From NCBI GenBank assembly GCA_030390025.1, contig CM059432.1:102116001-102180000 (forward strand): a DNA stretch of 64,000 nucleotides. The letters run 5' to 3'. The notes below the pieces were generated by a model. That model ran no database searches. It saw only the letters and a list, made by a program, of their open reading frames with translations, and was not told where the DNA came from. Shown here in pieces: positions 51,204-64,000 of this stretch. The DNA is from Squalus acanthias. Lineage: Eukaryota. Position numbers and translations under genes: made by a program. Numbering within the stretch: position 1 is the stretch's first letter; the number at the start of each line of letters is the position of its first letter.

Positions 51204-51514
51204 GAGGCGTGACGAAATGTTGGTCAATTTTTTATTAAAGGCCGAGGTTCGTGTTCAAACTTTTGTTTAGTGTTTTGGCCATTATCTCCAGGTTGTGAGA
51301 ACCAGTTATGTTAATTAATGATTTTTTGTGTTTGTTTCTATTATTTTGTCATGAAGAAATGACACACACAGAGTTTGTAAAATAAATAAGTTTTTGTATT
51401 CAAAATGTACATGTTTGGTCTTTGGACTCATTGCTGCCTTGGCCGGTGTAGGGGTTGCGGGTTGGTTTCATTCATGTTGTTCTCCATGGCAGAAGCCATT
51501 TCCTCAGCAGGGGC

Positions 51515-52664
51515 CTAGAAGCGGCTTGTTATCAGCCGTTGACGGACGGCCCTTGCAGTTTCAACATTGTGGGCCTCCCTCCCGCCTTGGTGCTGCTGAT
51601 GATCATCCTCCTCCTCTTCCTCCTCCTCTTCCTCCTCTTCCTCCGGTGGTGCTCCAAGGCCTGGTGGCATTGGCTGGGCCCTGAGGATTGCCAGGTTATG
51701 CAGCACACAGCACACAACTATGAAGAGGGAGACTCACTCAGGCGAGCACTGCAGGGCTCCTCCTGAGTGGTCCAGACAGCAGAACCGTTGCTTGAGCACG
51801 CCGATCGTCTGCTCAACGATGTTCCTGGTGGCGAGATGGCTCTCATTGTACCGCAGCTCAGCAGGGGTGTTGGGGTTACGGAGCGGTGTCATCAGCCAGG
51901 TGCACAGTGGATAACCCTTGTCCCCGAGGAGCCAACCACTTGGCTGATGCGGTGCCTGGAAAAGGTCTGCGACAGCAGTCTGACGCAGGATGAATGCATC
52001 GTGGCTGCTGCCAGGATAGCGGGCATTGACAGCAAGTATCAGCTGTCTGTGGTCACAGACCAACTGGACGTTTAAGGAGTGGAACCCCTTGCGGTTGCAG
52101 AAATCCTCTTCATTCTCCTGCGGTGCCCGCAATGCCACATGCGTGCAGTCAATGGCGCCCTGCACCATGGGGAAGCCCGCTATCCTCACAAAGCCCAATG
52201 CGCGTTCATGCTGTTTGGCCCGGGTCATCGGGAAAGAGATGTACTGGCGTCTCCTTTTATAGAGGGCATTTGTGACCTGACGGATGCAGCAATGGGAGAT
52301 ATTGACGATGTCCCCAGTAGCTGCTTGAAAGGAACCGGTGGCATAAAAGTTCAGAGCCACTGTGACCTTCACTGCTACCGACAGAGACGTCCTGGATCTC
52401 AGTAGAGGCTGCAGATCTGGCTGTCGCAGGTGGCAGAGCTCAGTGACCACCTCCTTGCTGAACAGCAGCCTGCGCAAACACTGCTCCTCAGACAAATTAA
52501 TGCAGGAGAATTGTTGGTGAAATACCCTGGGAGGGTAAGGCCTCCTGTGCAGAGGCCTGTTGGCCCTCCTCCGTCTGGCCATGATTGCCACTCTCTCTCT
52601 GCGTCTATGTTGCCTCCGATTCTGCAGGCACAGGACGACACCCAGAATCAGTGCAGCCCCCACA
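51515..52664 (-). pseudogene. Harbinger DDE transposase with a single in-frame stop (TGA at 51734-51736)
   Basis: GAIDCTHV, NRKGFHSLNVQLVCD, YPGSSHDAFIL, WLLGDKGY and RNIVEQTIGVLKQRF motifs. The frame continues past the stop as VSLFIVVCCVLHN, poly-E and RQRLITSRF. Exact start codon uncertain. Confidence 0.92.
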
Positions 52665-53659
52665 GTCTCTTGGTGATCAAAGTAATGAAGGTCAAATCCA
52701 AAAGTACCTGCAAAGTGATGGTCAGTAGTCAAAACTACTTCACACAGTGTTGACTCTATGCAGAAGTCTCTCCTTCTCTCTCTCAGAATCTCTCTCTCTG
52801 TTAGAATGAGTGGTGCAAAAATGTCTACCACAGAAAATGCCAGGAAGAGGCCGCCTTTAAATAGCGCCCCTCCACCCCCACACCGACTGGGAAACGTTCC
52901 AGTCTACCTGTCGTTGCTTGTGCCAGGTGGAAAGGAGGGGGACGCCACTCAATATCCGGTCCGGGGCGCCGCGAGGGCGTTGCACGCTCGACTGACGTCA
53001 AGATCTGCGGGCACAGGAGATCGGGACGGTATTGTTTAGCGCCGCCGCAAAATGTCTGGTCAATTTCGCAAGCGGCACAGACATTGCCACGCCCGAGCGC
53101 TAGTTGCTTTGCGCCCCATTAGCACCCTCTTAAGGCGCTAACGGGAGGCGCAAACCAACTGAATTTTTCCCCCTATAGACCAAAACATTGTCATATAAAA
53201 TTATTGTGTTATTTTAACTGAGATATGAGCTGTTTAATTTTAATGTGTTAATACCTCTGTTAAAATAGCAAAGTGATTTCATACAACCTTGTGAAGCATT
53301 CGTAAGCTATTATCACAGAGTGTAATTTCTAGCCTTGCAACAATTACTACAACTACTTCTGAGCATTTGATTTTTTCAAAAAAGATTAGAAAGCATAAGC
53401 CTTCGAGCTTTACTGACATCCAACAATTAAAAAAATTACTGCCATTTTCCATTTAACAAATTTTAGCATAATCATTAATTTACTGACTAAAAGTTACTCA
53501 CTGCATTTAAAAAATAACCTACTGCTTTCAATCAATAATTAAATTATTCACTAAGTTTTTAAAAATCATTTTTATGAATCAATAAGTTCCTCACTACAGT
53601 CAATAAAGATTATTTTTTTAAATTGAGCTCATCAAGCAGAGGGATGTTTGTCCTACAGA

Positions 53660-54035
53660 ATGGAATTCTTCCCACTCCAGGTCAGGTGTAGCACAGCCAG
53701 ATCCAGAGGAAAGCTGTTTCTATTTTGCCCCAATAAGGTGCTTTAGCCCTAACCTCAAGAGGAAACACTACCACACCAGTATGACATTGTTTTTCCCAAT
53801 TTCCCACACCAGCCATTCTGTGGCCTCTTGGAGTGAGATTACCAATTGGTGTCAAATTAGAGACAGTTTGGGCAGTAGGTCCATGGTCACTAGGAACTGG
53901 AATGAGACTGCCCAAACTCAGTTTACAGAGGACCCTTACAGCTAACACACAAGAGGTGACTTTCATCCCATCAGTCTGGATTTGAACCCAAGTCCTAGAG
54001 GTAAAAGGCTAGTGTCCAATGCACTGGTCACCTGG
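53660..54035 (-). mobile_element. LF-SINE-like tRNA-derived SINE
   Basis: Minus-strand B box GGTTCAAATCC (53978-53988), followed by LF-SINE-like blocks GAGTTTGGGCAGTCTCATTCCAGTTCCTAGTG, CAATTGG and GAGGCCACAG. Recognised from memory of the consensus. Confidence 0.65.
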
Positions 54036-54988
54036 GTTCCGATAATAAATTATGACATTTTCATCTGAATTTATTAATTTCAACAAACCTGCACCATTTG
54101 CCCATGAGCAATGCTATGGGAAATCATCAAGTTTTTTTTAACATCTTTCTTTTTATTTTTGTTTATTAGAGATTTAAATGTGATGAGAAAATTAAGGTGC
54201 TATCTTGCAAAATCATACTTCAGGAAGTTCATTTTCAAACACTTATTACAAATTAAAATTCTGTTACTATCCAGTGGTCCAGTCTACCTCTACAACTACT
54301 GCAGTGTCATGTGAGACTAGACTTCATTTTAATCAAATGGAAATGTCACGATTGCTGGCTGTTTAATTGCAGCAGCAGTTCTGACGTCTCACGCACGGAT
54401 TGAATCTGTCACACAAGACTAATTAAATGTCGCAAATGTACCTGCTTTAGAGTGTGGAGACATAAAAACTTTGTTATACAGAGTATCAACTGCCATATAT
54501 GAGACTAATCCTCTCACTACTTCAAATAGTGTAACAAAAGAATTCGGGAATGCTGCCCTGAATTTAAAAATTGCTAAATGGTGAGGACTGTTCGGCAAAT
54601 TATATGAACAGGAGGCAACAGATAAATCTGATGGTCTACAGCATCTTTTATACTGAAGATGAAAACCAAGTAATCCTTGAAGCTCCCATATGAGATCAAT
54701 GTTAAAAAATACTTAAATCACAATATAGATGATCCATTCCCTTTTCTGTGGTGATCTATGTACAAGCAAATATGTCTAAATTGAAATTAAGTTAGCTGTT
54801 ATGTTATTTCACATGCTAACGCATTAGTATAAATAATATTATCAAAGTTATGGCTGAATATATGTAGTGTGAGAGTAACTCCTGGCATAGGAGAAAATAG
54901 TGTTAAGCCATTGAGATGTGCCAAATACATTCTACAAGGAAATAAATAATTTTTCTTGTGCAGGGACTGTTCCCATCAGAGATAATTA

Positions 54989-55309
<321 letters not shown>

Positions 55310-57109
55310 TTAAATCAACAATATTGCTGACTAAAAGTTCATTCTAAACACAAATTATTTCATCTTAAAATGTAACAACCTGTGACAGCTTAACCCCTAA
55401 AAAACCTATTAAACATAAACTATTAAAAATTATTGTTTAATATACTCAAGGCTATACACAAGATACCCTTCATAGTTACATCTTGAATATCATTGGATGG
55501 CTCATTTTTCTTAAAATCACTGATTCCCGATGTACAACCTAAATATGAATGTCACATCTTGATAGAATATATTGGGATAGATCTTATGAATTAAAATTCG
55601 CAGCACAGAGCTTTGCATGACAGGAGCGCATATCATGAATTTGAGCATGGGAGTTAATGTACCCTGCATATTTTTCCATTCATTAAATCGCAAACCTATT
55701 ATTTTTGTCAGAGCGTGATGGAACTGTTGTGCATTTCTAGCATTTTCTGTTTTTATTTCAGCAATACCGTTATTTTGATACAGAATGGCTTAAGTCCTTT
55801 CTTATTCCTTCATGTTCTTACAGACTGCCATGTTAAAATGGCATACAGGGGAAAACATACCTACAATTTCATCTTGGGGAGCTCAATTGAGGTCAATAAA
55901 CCACAGAAGGTTTGCATCTGAGCTGATCTACTTTAGTTTTGTTTCTCACTCCAACTTTTTTAAAAGCCTAATGAGGTCCTCTTTTGCCTCGGATTTCTCC
56001 TGCGAGACTATTTCTGTTGCAATGCCACTATTAGCTACCACAATAGCAACCTGTCGAGACTCCCCATTTGACACTTTTTCTTTCAGTGGGAATGTAACTG
56101 TCCTCAGCTTATCACCTTCTCACAACACAGGTAGGGTTACAAACACAGCAGTGCAGGTATCACCCCTGTACCCAATACATCCTGGCAATACAGGCTGTGC
56201 TCTAGCATGCTGCATCACTGCTCAGTCTGTTCTCATCATTAATTTCTATATTTGTGCCTGATGCGGAATATATAAGAGGCACAAGGGTAAATTTTGCAAA
56301 GCGAGGGTCTCGCTTGACAGAAAAACAATTGGAGAATTGGGCATGGAGGTCAGCACAATTCATAGAGCTCCAGGTTTTTTGGTTATTAAAATTAATGACT
56401 GGAAAGTGGAGCGTCACAAATCAAGCACACTGACCTTCGTACTCCCATCATAAGCACAGCCTCACAAAATGTTCCTTTTCAGTAAGAGCCAAGATAACAT
56501 AATTGTTTAAAACACTCAAGACTTTGAAGAACAAATGTGCATTTGTTCTCAGTCCAACGACTTCCCATGTACAATAATTTGAATACATGCTAGACTTAAT
56601 CCCTCTAAATTCATCATAAATACAACTGGAGGTGGAAGTCTTCAGTTTTTTGGCAATTCTGCCTGGGTAGAAAGGAAATAGGACAATCCTTTGCTAATGA
56701 ATGTTCAGCCAAAGAATGCAGTGGTTCGGAAAAGTTAGATAAATGTTGAGGAAACGTGACCTTAAAGTTCAATTCTATTAATTCTGAAACCATGACTGTT
56801 CAGATATCAAATGTAATCTTCTCTCTAAATGAACTTGACAAGTAATCACACAGTAGTCTGGGTCACACTAGTAATCATCTTACATTTATCCTCGTCAGCT
56901 ATAGAAGGTGCAGACAAGTAAATATTTTTACATTCAGGAAGTTACTCTAACAACGTTTCTGTGTTTTTTAATGCTTTTACCCTCAGTAACCCTCAGATAC
57001 ATAAAGCAATCAAACTAATGGTGCTTCATCAGCTTTCCTTCCCGCTGAGTAGAGAATACATCAATTTATACCACAAATATGATCCAATAATAGATCTTTT
57101 TGGATCACT

Positions 57110-57388
57110 GGGCTGGATTTTGATACTGGGGCGGGTTGGGGTCGTGTCATCCACATTTTGTGTTATCCACCCGACTGCATTTGGATGTGGGAGATTGATG
57201 CAATTTTCACTTAATTGGGCAATTGAGTTCCAGCATGTGGGAACCCATGAACTAATTAGTGGTTTCAGTCTGAAAGTCGCCTCTGATGATGTCATCATTG
57301 CTGCTGCATTGCAGGTCAGGTCAGAGATTGCTTGGCTTTTGCTGTGAGAGGACCTGGATGCAAAATGAGCAGCAGCAGCTCTAAGGGA

Positions 57389-57432
<44 letters not shown>

Positions 57433-57888
57433 TTTTTTTTGCATCCAGGTCCTCTCACAGCAAAGGCCAGGCAGTCTCTGAAGACATTCAATGCAGCAGC
57501 ATCAGAGGCGACTTTCAGACCTAATACTACTACTACCTTCATCTCCATTGTAATAGTGGACCTGCAGCTGATAGTCAGCTATCCACTTGTGCTCCCGCCA
57601 GGTTTCACTGGTGTGTTTCACATCAGGTGTGCTTCACGTGGGAAAAGGGTTAAACTAGCTAAAACGTTTCAAAATGGCATTACAGAGCCAATTTAGGGCT
57701 TGTTAAGGGCTTTAATGGCCTCTCCCGCCGCTTGGAGGCGGGACGGAGACGGGACCACCGCACACGATTTCATCAAAATTGCGTGGAGGCGGAATGGAGG
57801 CGGGATCGGGTCCGCCCGCCACTTTTCACAATTTTAACCCCCCACACGCCTCCAAACCCACCTCCACGGGTCTATGAAAATCCAGCCC
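57110..57888 (-). mobile_element. Harbinger-type MITE family C, copy 2
   Basis: Perfect 12-bp TIRs GGGCTGGATTTT / AAAATCCAGCCC with TSD ACT on both sides. Internal (GA)n at about 57389-57430. Reverse complement of 19641-20368. Confidence 0.9.
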
Positions 57889-59949
57889 ACTAACTCCACC
57901 TGCGGTAGCACCAACCTCAACTCCTATAGAAACCAACTCCCATAAGGATTCCAGTGTCCTCTGATGATTGCCAAAGTCTTTTTACTATCTCCCCCCTCCT
58001 TCCCTCTATGTCCCTCTTATAACCACACTTGAACTTTGCTTTTTCTTTTTCACCTAACAGATTTTTTGTTCCTCAGCACTACTTCCAGTTTTCTCTCCTG
58101 CTTTTCCTTCCCCTTTCCTTAAACACTGCTCAAGGTATTAGGAGGGCTGTTTCTACTGAAAGGTATTGTGGCAAATATGGCTCAAGGAAACACCCATTTA
58201 ATCATTGGAGTCCTGAATCGATTAATATGCTTCGGAATGCTGCCCTATCAGCAGGTGAAAATCCAGAGCAGTACTAGCTTCCAACACTGTGCATCTATGT
58301 CTGGAAGGCACTACACAAGGCTATCAACAAGCCACTGGAAGTGCAATGTTAGATCTGCCTGTCTCCTTTTACATTACAGCTGTAGCAGCCTCTTTGGGGT
58401 AGATATTCATCTCGTGCAGTGGCACAAAGTGGGTGGTATTGGATCGGCCACCCGTTATACGCAACGCCTGATATTTAATTCCATTAACTGCAATGGAACT
58501 GAATATCAGGTGCTGCGAATAAGAACATAAGAAAGAGGAGCAGGAATAGGCCATTTGGCCCCTCGAGCCTGCTTCTGCTAACGGGCGGCCGCCTCCCGAG
58601 ACGAATTTCTATCCCTTTATCTTTTGTTCTCTCGAAAATCATGAATATAAAAGTTCAACCTAAAGATTCACAACTTGTCATAGCATCTGATGCACCCAAA
58701 GCCATACTACATTCATCTCCACACTGCTGGGCTCTTCTAACTACAGTCTTATACCTGCCTCTTCAAAAACTCCCTGCCAGGGAGATGCAGTCCTGTATTG
58801 TTTGACACTATACACCAATTGGGATTCTCTGTGAAGTGCAGCTTGGAATGGCCATCTACTAGTGCATATGGGGATTTGGGAAATCTGGTTTATAACTTAA
58901 ATTTTAAGAAATATGGTCACTGGACCCAATGTAGCATGCCAATTTCTTGACCCATTGGTGAACAGCCAAGTGACTGATTTGGCCTGCAACACTGGTAGTG
59001 GCTTGGAAGAAAATAATGACATATAAGTAGCAATGACCTTCACACCCATAGGAAGAGTAATTCCTGTGGTCGAGGTTGTCTGCAGGTTGGCCTCAAGGAG
59101 ATGGTGTAGCTATTTGACAGCTTCCCTTGTGAAGAGACGTACCAGAGAGATCCCCTTTCATCTGCACAAAAAGAGCTGTTTAGCTCAGCACCTTTAGTCA
59201 GGACATGTGTGTAACTAATGCTCAAAGTGCAGTCACACCTTGTTTTCATGTGAAGTGATTGTCCTTTGCCAAATCTTGAAGTTCATTGAAACCCCCAAAC
59301 GGAATTCCTACTCTGACCACTTTGCTTGCTGTAAGCGAAATTACAACTACAGCAAGACTATTGTAGGAAAATAAGAGAATAAAACTTTTGAAATGAAAGA
59401 AGTAAGGCATATAGAACAATATGAAGCGAGAAACCTTTCCCATGAAAATTCCAACACACCTTTAAGAAGTCAATTCTTCCAGGCGGGCCAAACAGCCCTG
59501 CATCCATTTTATACGGGTGAGCTGCACAATGGAAGAGGAGGAGGAGGAGGAGGAGGAGGCATTCCAAAATACATGAGGCTAGAGTTTCCGACACTAACAG
59601 GACGGGATAGCGACAGAAACTGCAGGAGAATGAAACAGTGAAACCTACTGCCACCTCCATGCCCGAACCTGGATTTCCCACTGATCATCCCTTCCACACC
59701 CACTGAATGAAAATGCTGATGGTGTGGTGGGGGGTGGGGGGGGTGGTGTGAAGGCCTCCTTTCTCTCAATTTTTCCCCGTACACCTACCCTTTTAGGCCT
59801 CTGTCTCAGCCAAGGCCTAAAAAATGTTTCATTTTGTCTTCAGAGCTCTTTTGCTCCTTGTGAAACTTAGTGCTTCAAATGGAGCATTGCAAAATATACC
59901 CTCGTAAGTTAGCCATCTGAGAATTCTTTTATTTTCTTCCTCTGATTCA

Positions 59950-61130
59950 ACTATTGCTTTCACTCCGCTAACCCTTCTCTCTGTGCCAGTGAAATAAATG
60001 GCAGTATTCTAGCTGGCACAGAAAGCATCGTAACTCACTCTTATCCTTCTGTCAGGTCTGGTATTATATCTTGGTTCAATCATGCCTGTTAGTCTTCTGT
60101 GTCTTATAAGAAAGCTGTCTGTTGCTCCTGGCATCTTGATCAATTCAAACATTTTGATCAACATCAAATTGATTCACTCGCTCGACATCTGGTATTAATG
60201 GCACCCTTTTATCATTCTCAAGATATGTAACTCTGAACTTACTGCTGTCTTATACCACCTTTTCAATCAACCTTGACTTCTCCTAGGAAATTTGTTCCTG
60301 TTCACCCAAACCTAAGAAAAGTGATCCTTCTCACCCTTCTAACTCCCACATTTTTTGCCCTTACATCAATAACTCTTTAAATTCCTGCAAGTTGCTGCTA
60401 ATTCTCAAATTATTTATCACTTCTGCAAAATGTTCTACTGGAGATCTTGTTTCCTGCATTACACACCTCTGGAATGTTGCTCTTCAACACTTTGGTTAAT
60501 CATCTGTCATTGCCTTGGACATCTCCAAACCCTCCAAGCAAGTTACCATTATTTAAAGCTATGTTCATAACTATCTACTTTCTTTTTGCATCACTGCATC
60601 AATGCTACAGCTGATAGTTTGTCTTCTCGGTCTTTTTGTAATTGTGCAGGGGTTCCCCAAGGTTGTCTCATCTGTTTCTAATTCTTGACCTCCCCCCACT
60701 AACCATTCAATCCAATTATCCTTTTGCTGATGATTTCACTCTGCATTCATGAAATTCCTTTAGATTGCATGCCCTCTATACTCACTGCCTCCAGATCTCA
60801 ATACAATGACTAAATCATTGACTTTGATCTCCTTCAAGCCCTTCAATGGCACAATTGAAACTGCATTTCCTTCAAATCTTTGAAGATGTGATTCGTTGTA
60901 TATCCAAGTCTAACTACAGTCCCCACCTCCACCTTTAGCTCTTCTTCCTCTAGTGAAATTCTTAGCCTGTCTCTTTTGACCTCCAATGAAACTCTATTTT
61001 CTTCATTCCTGAAACTGGATCCAAGGTCAGTTCCATCTTGTGTACCAAATGTTGCTTTTCCTTTCAATATCTTCATTCTCCACAAAGCTCAAGTTTATCC
61101 AAGATTTGAATATTAGTCTCATAATTGGGG
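59950..61130 (+). mobile_element. Very old LINE RT remnant (clade uncertain)
   Basis: Degenerate AGVPQG (about 60647-60663) and SFADDFTLH (about 60719-60745). A similar remnant lies on the minus strand at about 32880-33130. Confidence 0.55.
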
Positions 61131-62281
61131 ACACTCTCCTACCCCTTTTGCAAAAACTGTAAGAAGCAGCTCACCATCTGATACTCAGTTCATCTCTCTG
61201 CTCTATCCTCTGACCTCACTCGTGCTCTCTCTCCATTGTAACCTTTCTAGCCATCCTCCCACAATCTTCAAACGTTTAAAACCCAAGTTTGGCATTGCCT
61301 ACTCACTACTTCCTGATTTATCTCATCCTTTTCCTACTACGGTGGCATTCTAAACTATGGCTCTCGGTCCTTCTTGGTTTCTCCATTAAGGAAAAAAGTG
61401 ATGTCGTTTTCAGGAAAAATGTTTGTATTGCAAGATGATTTTACAATTGAGAAGACACCAGCGAGGCTATCACAACTGTTCCACAATCCATACATTGTTT
61501 GATTCCCATTTAAACTGAACCTTTAGCGTGTCAGCACATCCAAAGAAACAGAAAATCCTTGTAACAGCCATTTAAGTCATCAGTTCAGACACCGAAAGAA
61601 AGTTTATTGTTGCAGTAAAGCTATGCAGAACTCAGGAACAGCTTTATTGACCACATACAACACTTACAATCAATTTGAAATAACAATTAAAAATTAAAAT
61701 GCTTTACATCTGCTCACCGCAATCCATGGTTAAAATTAAAATGTTTTCCCTTGATTCTTAAGTCTAAATGTTCATTTTGGAGGCAAAGAAACATTAAAAA
61801 TGACTGATTTCTGATTGGCAGTCAGTAATTCCAATGATTGCTTTTGCTACCAATTGTTGATTAATATAATTAATGCTGACATGTGACCTTTTGTTGAGAT
61901 CTTTACAGGTCTTGAAATACTTGCAGCCCCATTGTGACCAGACAAAACAACTTGTCTGTAGTACGGTGAGGATTGAAATGACATCTGCCTTATGTTTTTA
62001 CTTTCCAGTGTGTGGTACAAATAGAAGACAGGATAAGAAGATGTGGGATACAATCTTTATCGCACTTGTGGCACTTGCCGTAGAATTTGTGTCACTTTGT
62101 CACTCAAAATGATCATGTCAGTTCACTTGCAAGATATCCGAGGTATCCTACCACTCCTGGCTATGTGGCATCCATATCTCAAATAGTATTTCAAATTCCA
62201 ATGTAATAGACATCAAGAACAGCTTTTAAGAATTGATTTGTTCTCCATGGGTATTCTCAAATGTGCAACTGGAATCTGTGA

Positions 62282-62598
62282 GGCAACACGGTGGCATAGT
62301 GGTTAGCACTGTTGCCTCACAGCGCCAGGGACCCGGGTTCGAATCCGGCCTTGGGTGACTGTCTGTGTGGAGTTTGCACATTCTCCCCGTGTCTGCGTGG
62401 GTTTCCTCCGGGTGCTCCGGTTTCCTCCCACAGTCCAAAGATGTGCGGGTTAGGTTGATTTGGCTATGATAAATTGACCCTTAGTGTTAGGGGGATTAAA
62501 TACGTGGGATTACGGGGATAGGGTGGGATATGTGTCGGTGCAGGCTCGATGGGCCGAAATGGCCTCTATCTGCATTGTGGGATTCTGTGATTCTGTGA
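62282..62598 (+). mobile_element. HE1-like V-SINE (tRNA-derived, CR1-type tail)
   Basis: A box TGGCATAGTGG (62292-62302) and B box GGTTCGAATCC (62336-62346). V-domain TGTGTGGAGTTTGCACATTCTCCCCGTGTCTGCGTGGGTTTCCTCCGGGTGCTCCGGTTTCCTCCCACAGTCCAAAGATG. Tail (GATTCTGT)n. Confidence 0.93.
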
Positions 62599-63064
62599 AT
62601 CATTGTCCTTTGTCAACAAGAACCAAAGCATTTTCAAACTCACACGGTTAAGTAAACTCCATCATAGTACGCAAGAAGTTTTAGACGATACTGGATCTTT
62701 ATTTCAGTTCATTCATTAGAAGCTGTTCTTGTTGCTTAGGGAGAAATTTTCGATATAAATGTAGGAGGAGATTTTCCTTGAGTCTGTGCACAGGTGCACT
62801 GGATGACGTGGGCACAGGAAATATTGTAAAATCAAGCAGTTGTGTGCACCTTGCTTGAATAGATGTGCAATAGTTTGAAGGTATTTTGAAAATTATACAA
62901 TGGAAAATCTACATTTGATGTGAACTCTTATTAAAGAAGCTTTATTCTACTGTATGCTTATAAGTAAATATTATTTTTAAATACTATTTCCCTAATATTA
63001 CGTATAACCTACTGAAGAGGTGAATCCCTACTATAAGGTTAAGTTTTGAATAAAAATTAAACTC

Positions 63065-63335
63065 AAATATCTGATCTCAGCCAGAGCAGCTGTAGGCTCC
63101 TGCAATTTGTCTTCAGTGCAGTTTGGTTAAGGAAAGAAAAATAATTGACCAGGGCTCCATCTCCTAATCACTAAACGGCAATCCTGTTCAAAGTACTTGT
63201 GGAAAGGATCAGCCAGGATACCTTTAATGGTCAAAAAGCCTGCTGATACTCAACATCTAGCCTTGCCTATGAATAATGGCCACTTGGATGAGGTACCAGA
63301 GGTGCCCGTTACCCACTGAATTGTATCCCAGCACA
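63065..63335 (+). mobile_element. Ancient SINE remnant (LmeSINE1/AmnSINE2-like)
   Basis: Blocks CTGATCTCAGCCAGAGCAGC, GGTCAAAAAGCCTGCTGATACTCA and AATGGCCACTTGGATGAGGTACCAGAGG recall an ancient vertebrate SINE. The family name is tentative. Confidence 0.45.
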
Positions 63336-63489
63336 GCCTCATGACACACATTAAAGAGTTAATGGAGAAAGAAAGGAGGAAGAAGGGAAAAATTAGTGGA
63401 AAAAGGAGGACAAAATAGAATTGACTGAACCTGTACGTCTCAGTTAATAGTTTTTATATTTTATGTTTTCATGCACAGGACAGTTTCCT

Positions 63490-63608
63490 GTATAGTTTCT
63501 CCTTATGTGGCTCGGCATCAATTTTTTTGTCTTCTAATACTCCTGTGAAGTGCCTTGGGAAATTTTACTATGTTAAAGGTGCTATATAAATACAAGTTGT
63601 TGTTGTTG
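63490..63608 (+). mobile_element. L2 3' tail fragment
   Basis: CCTTATGTGGCTCGG...GTGAAGTGCCTTGGGA...AAAGGTGCTATATAAATACAAG(TTG)n, matching the reverse complement of 15110-15225. Confidence 0.8.
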
Positions 63609-64000
63609 TATAGAGATTTTTAAAATTGTATAATAAAGTCCATTATGCCATTGTGTACAAGGTGTAAAATTCTTCTCAAGTTATTATATGAACAGCTCAA
63701 TCTGTGGCTATGATATTCAGTTGGCTCAGTTGCTTTTATGCGTTGGCAAATGTTATTGTTTAACTGCACAGAGCTTTGACCCACCATGACAGCAAAAAGG
63801 ATTGCCTGTTAAACAATAGCACAGATATAATAATCATTTTGTGATCAAATCATCATGATCTGTAAATACTGATTGCTCATATAATAGACTGTGACCTACT
63901 TCCATTAATGGAATTCAGGCTCTTTGTTCAGTTTTCCTACAAGCGAATCTTGCTGATTTTTGAAATAAAAACAAAATAAAATCAGCATTACAAAATTGTT

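Larger units (their letters stand above)
49031..53173. mobile_element. Near-intact full-length PIF/Harbinger DNA transposon (4143 bp)
   Basis: 16-bp TIRs GGGGGAGAAATTCAGT / ACTGAATTTTTCCCCC (1 mismatch) with TSD TAT on both sides. Convergent Myb/SANT and DDE transposase genes. Confidence 0.96.

Noticed and set aside
51515..52831. Domesticated HARBI1 or MSANTD host genes
   Set aside because: The ORFs lie within TIRs and a TSD, carry inactivating changes and have MITE derivatives, so this is a transposon.
59192..59249. Possible alternative first coding exon of CSMD3 (MKTRCDCTLSISYTHVLTK-G, phase-compatible with the 55281 acceptor)
   Set aside because: The donor AAG|GTGCTG is weak, the peptide is not signal-like and it does not resemble the CSMD3 N-terminus I recall. 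RNA evidence would be needed.
62282..62355. tRNA gene
   Set aside because: The A and B boxes belong to a SINE head that continues into a V-domain and LINE tail.

Overview
This is vertebrate genomic DNA, most likely from a cartilaginous fish: it carries an HE1/V-SINE, a SacSINE1-like DeuSINE and shark-type CR1, L2 and Penelope repeats. The only host coding sequence I can support is one 223-bp minus-strand exon (55059-55281) encoding the first half of the first CUB domain of CSMD3. It ends in a GC-type 5' splice site, and the rest of the window appears to be CSMD3 intron filled with transposable elements. The dominant feature is a dense set of PIF/Harbinger DNA transposons. These include one nearly intact 4.1-kb two-gene element (49031-53173: spliced Myb/SANT gene plus a convergent DDE transposase), two 893-bp deletion derivatives of its family, several decayed two-gene elements and at least two other MITE families. 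Their 3-bp TSDs vary but sit in a shared palindromic target. Also present are an LTR element (PPT plus 1.16-kb LTR) with a short Env-like remnant and no visible pol, a hairpin-rich MITE family carrying clustered splice-donor motifs, a tiny hAT MITE, an LF-SINE-like element and nested CR1/L2/Penelope copies. Family names rest on motif recognition by eye; no database searches were run.
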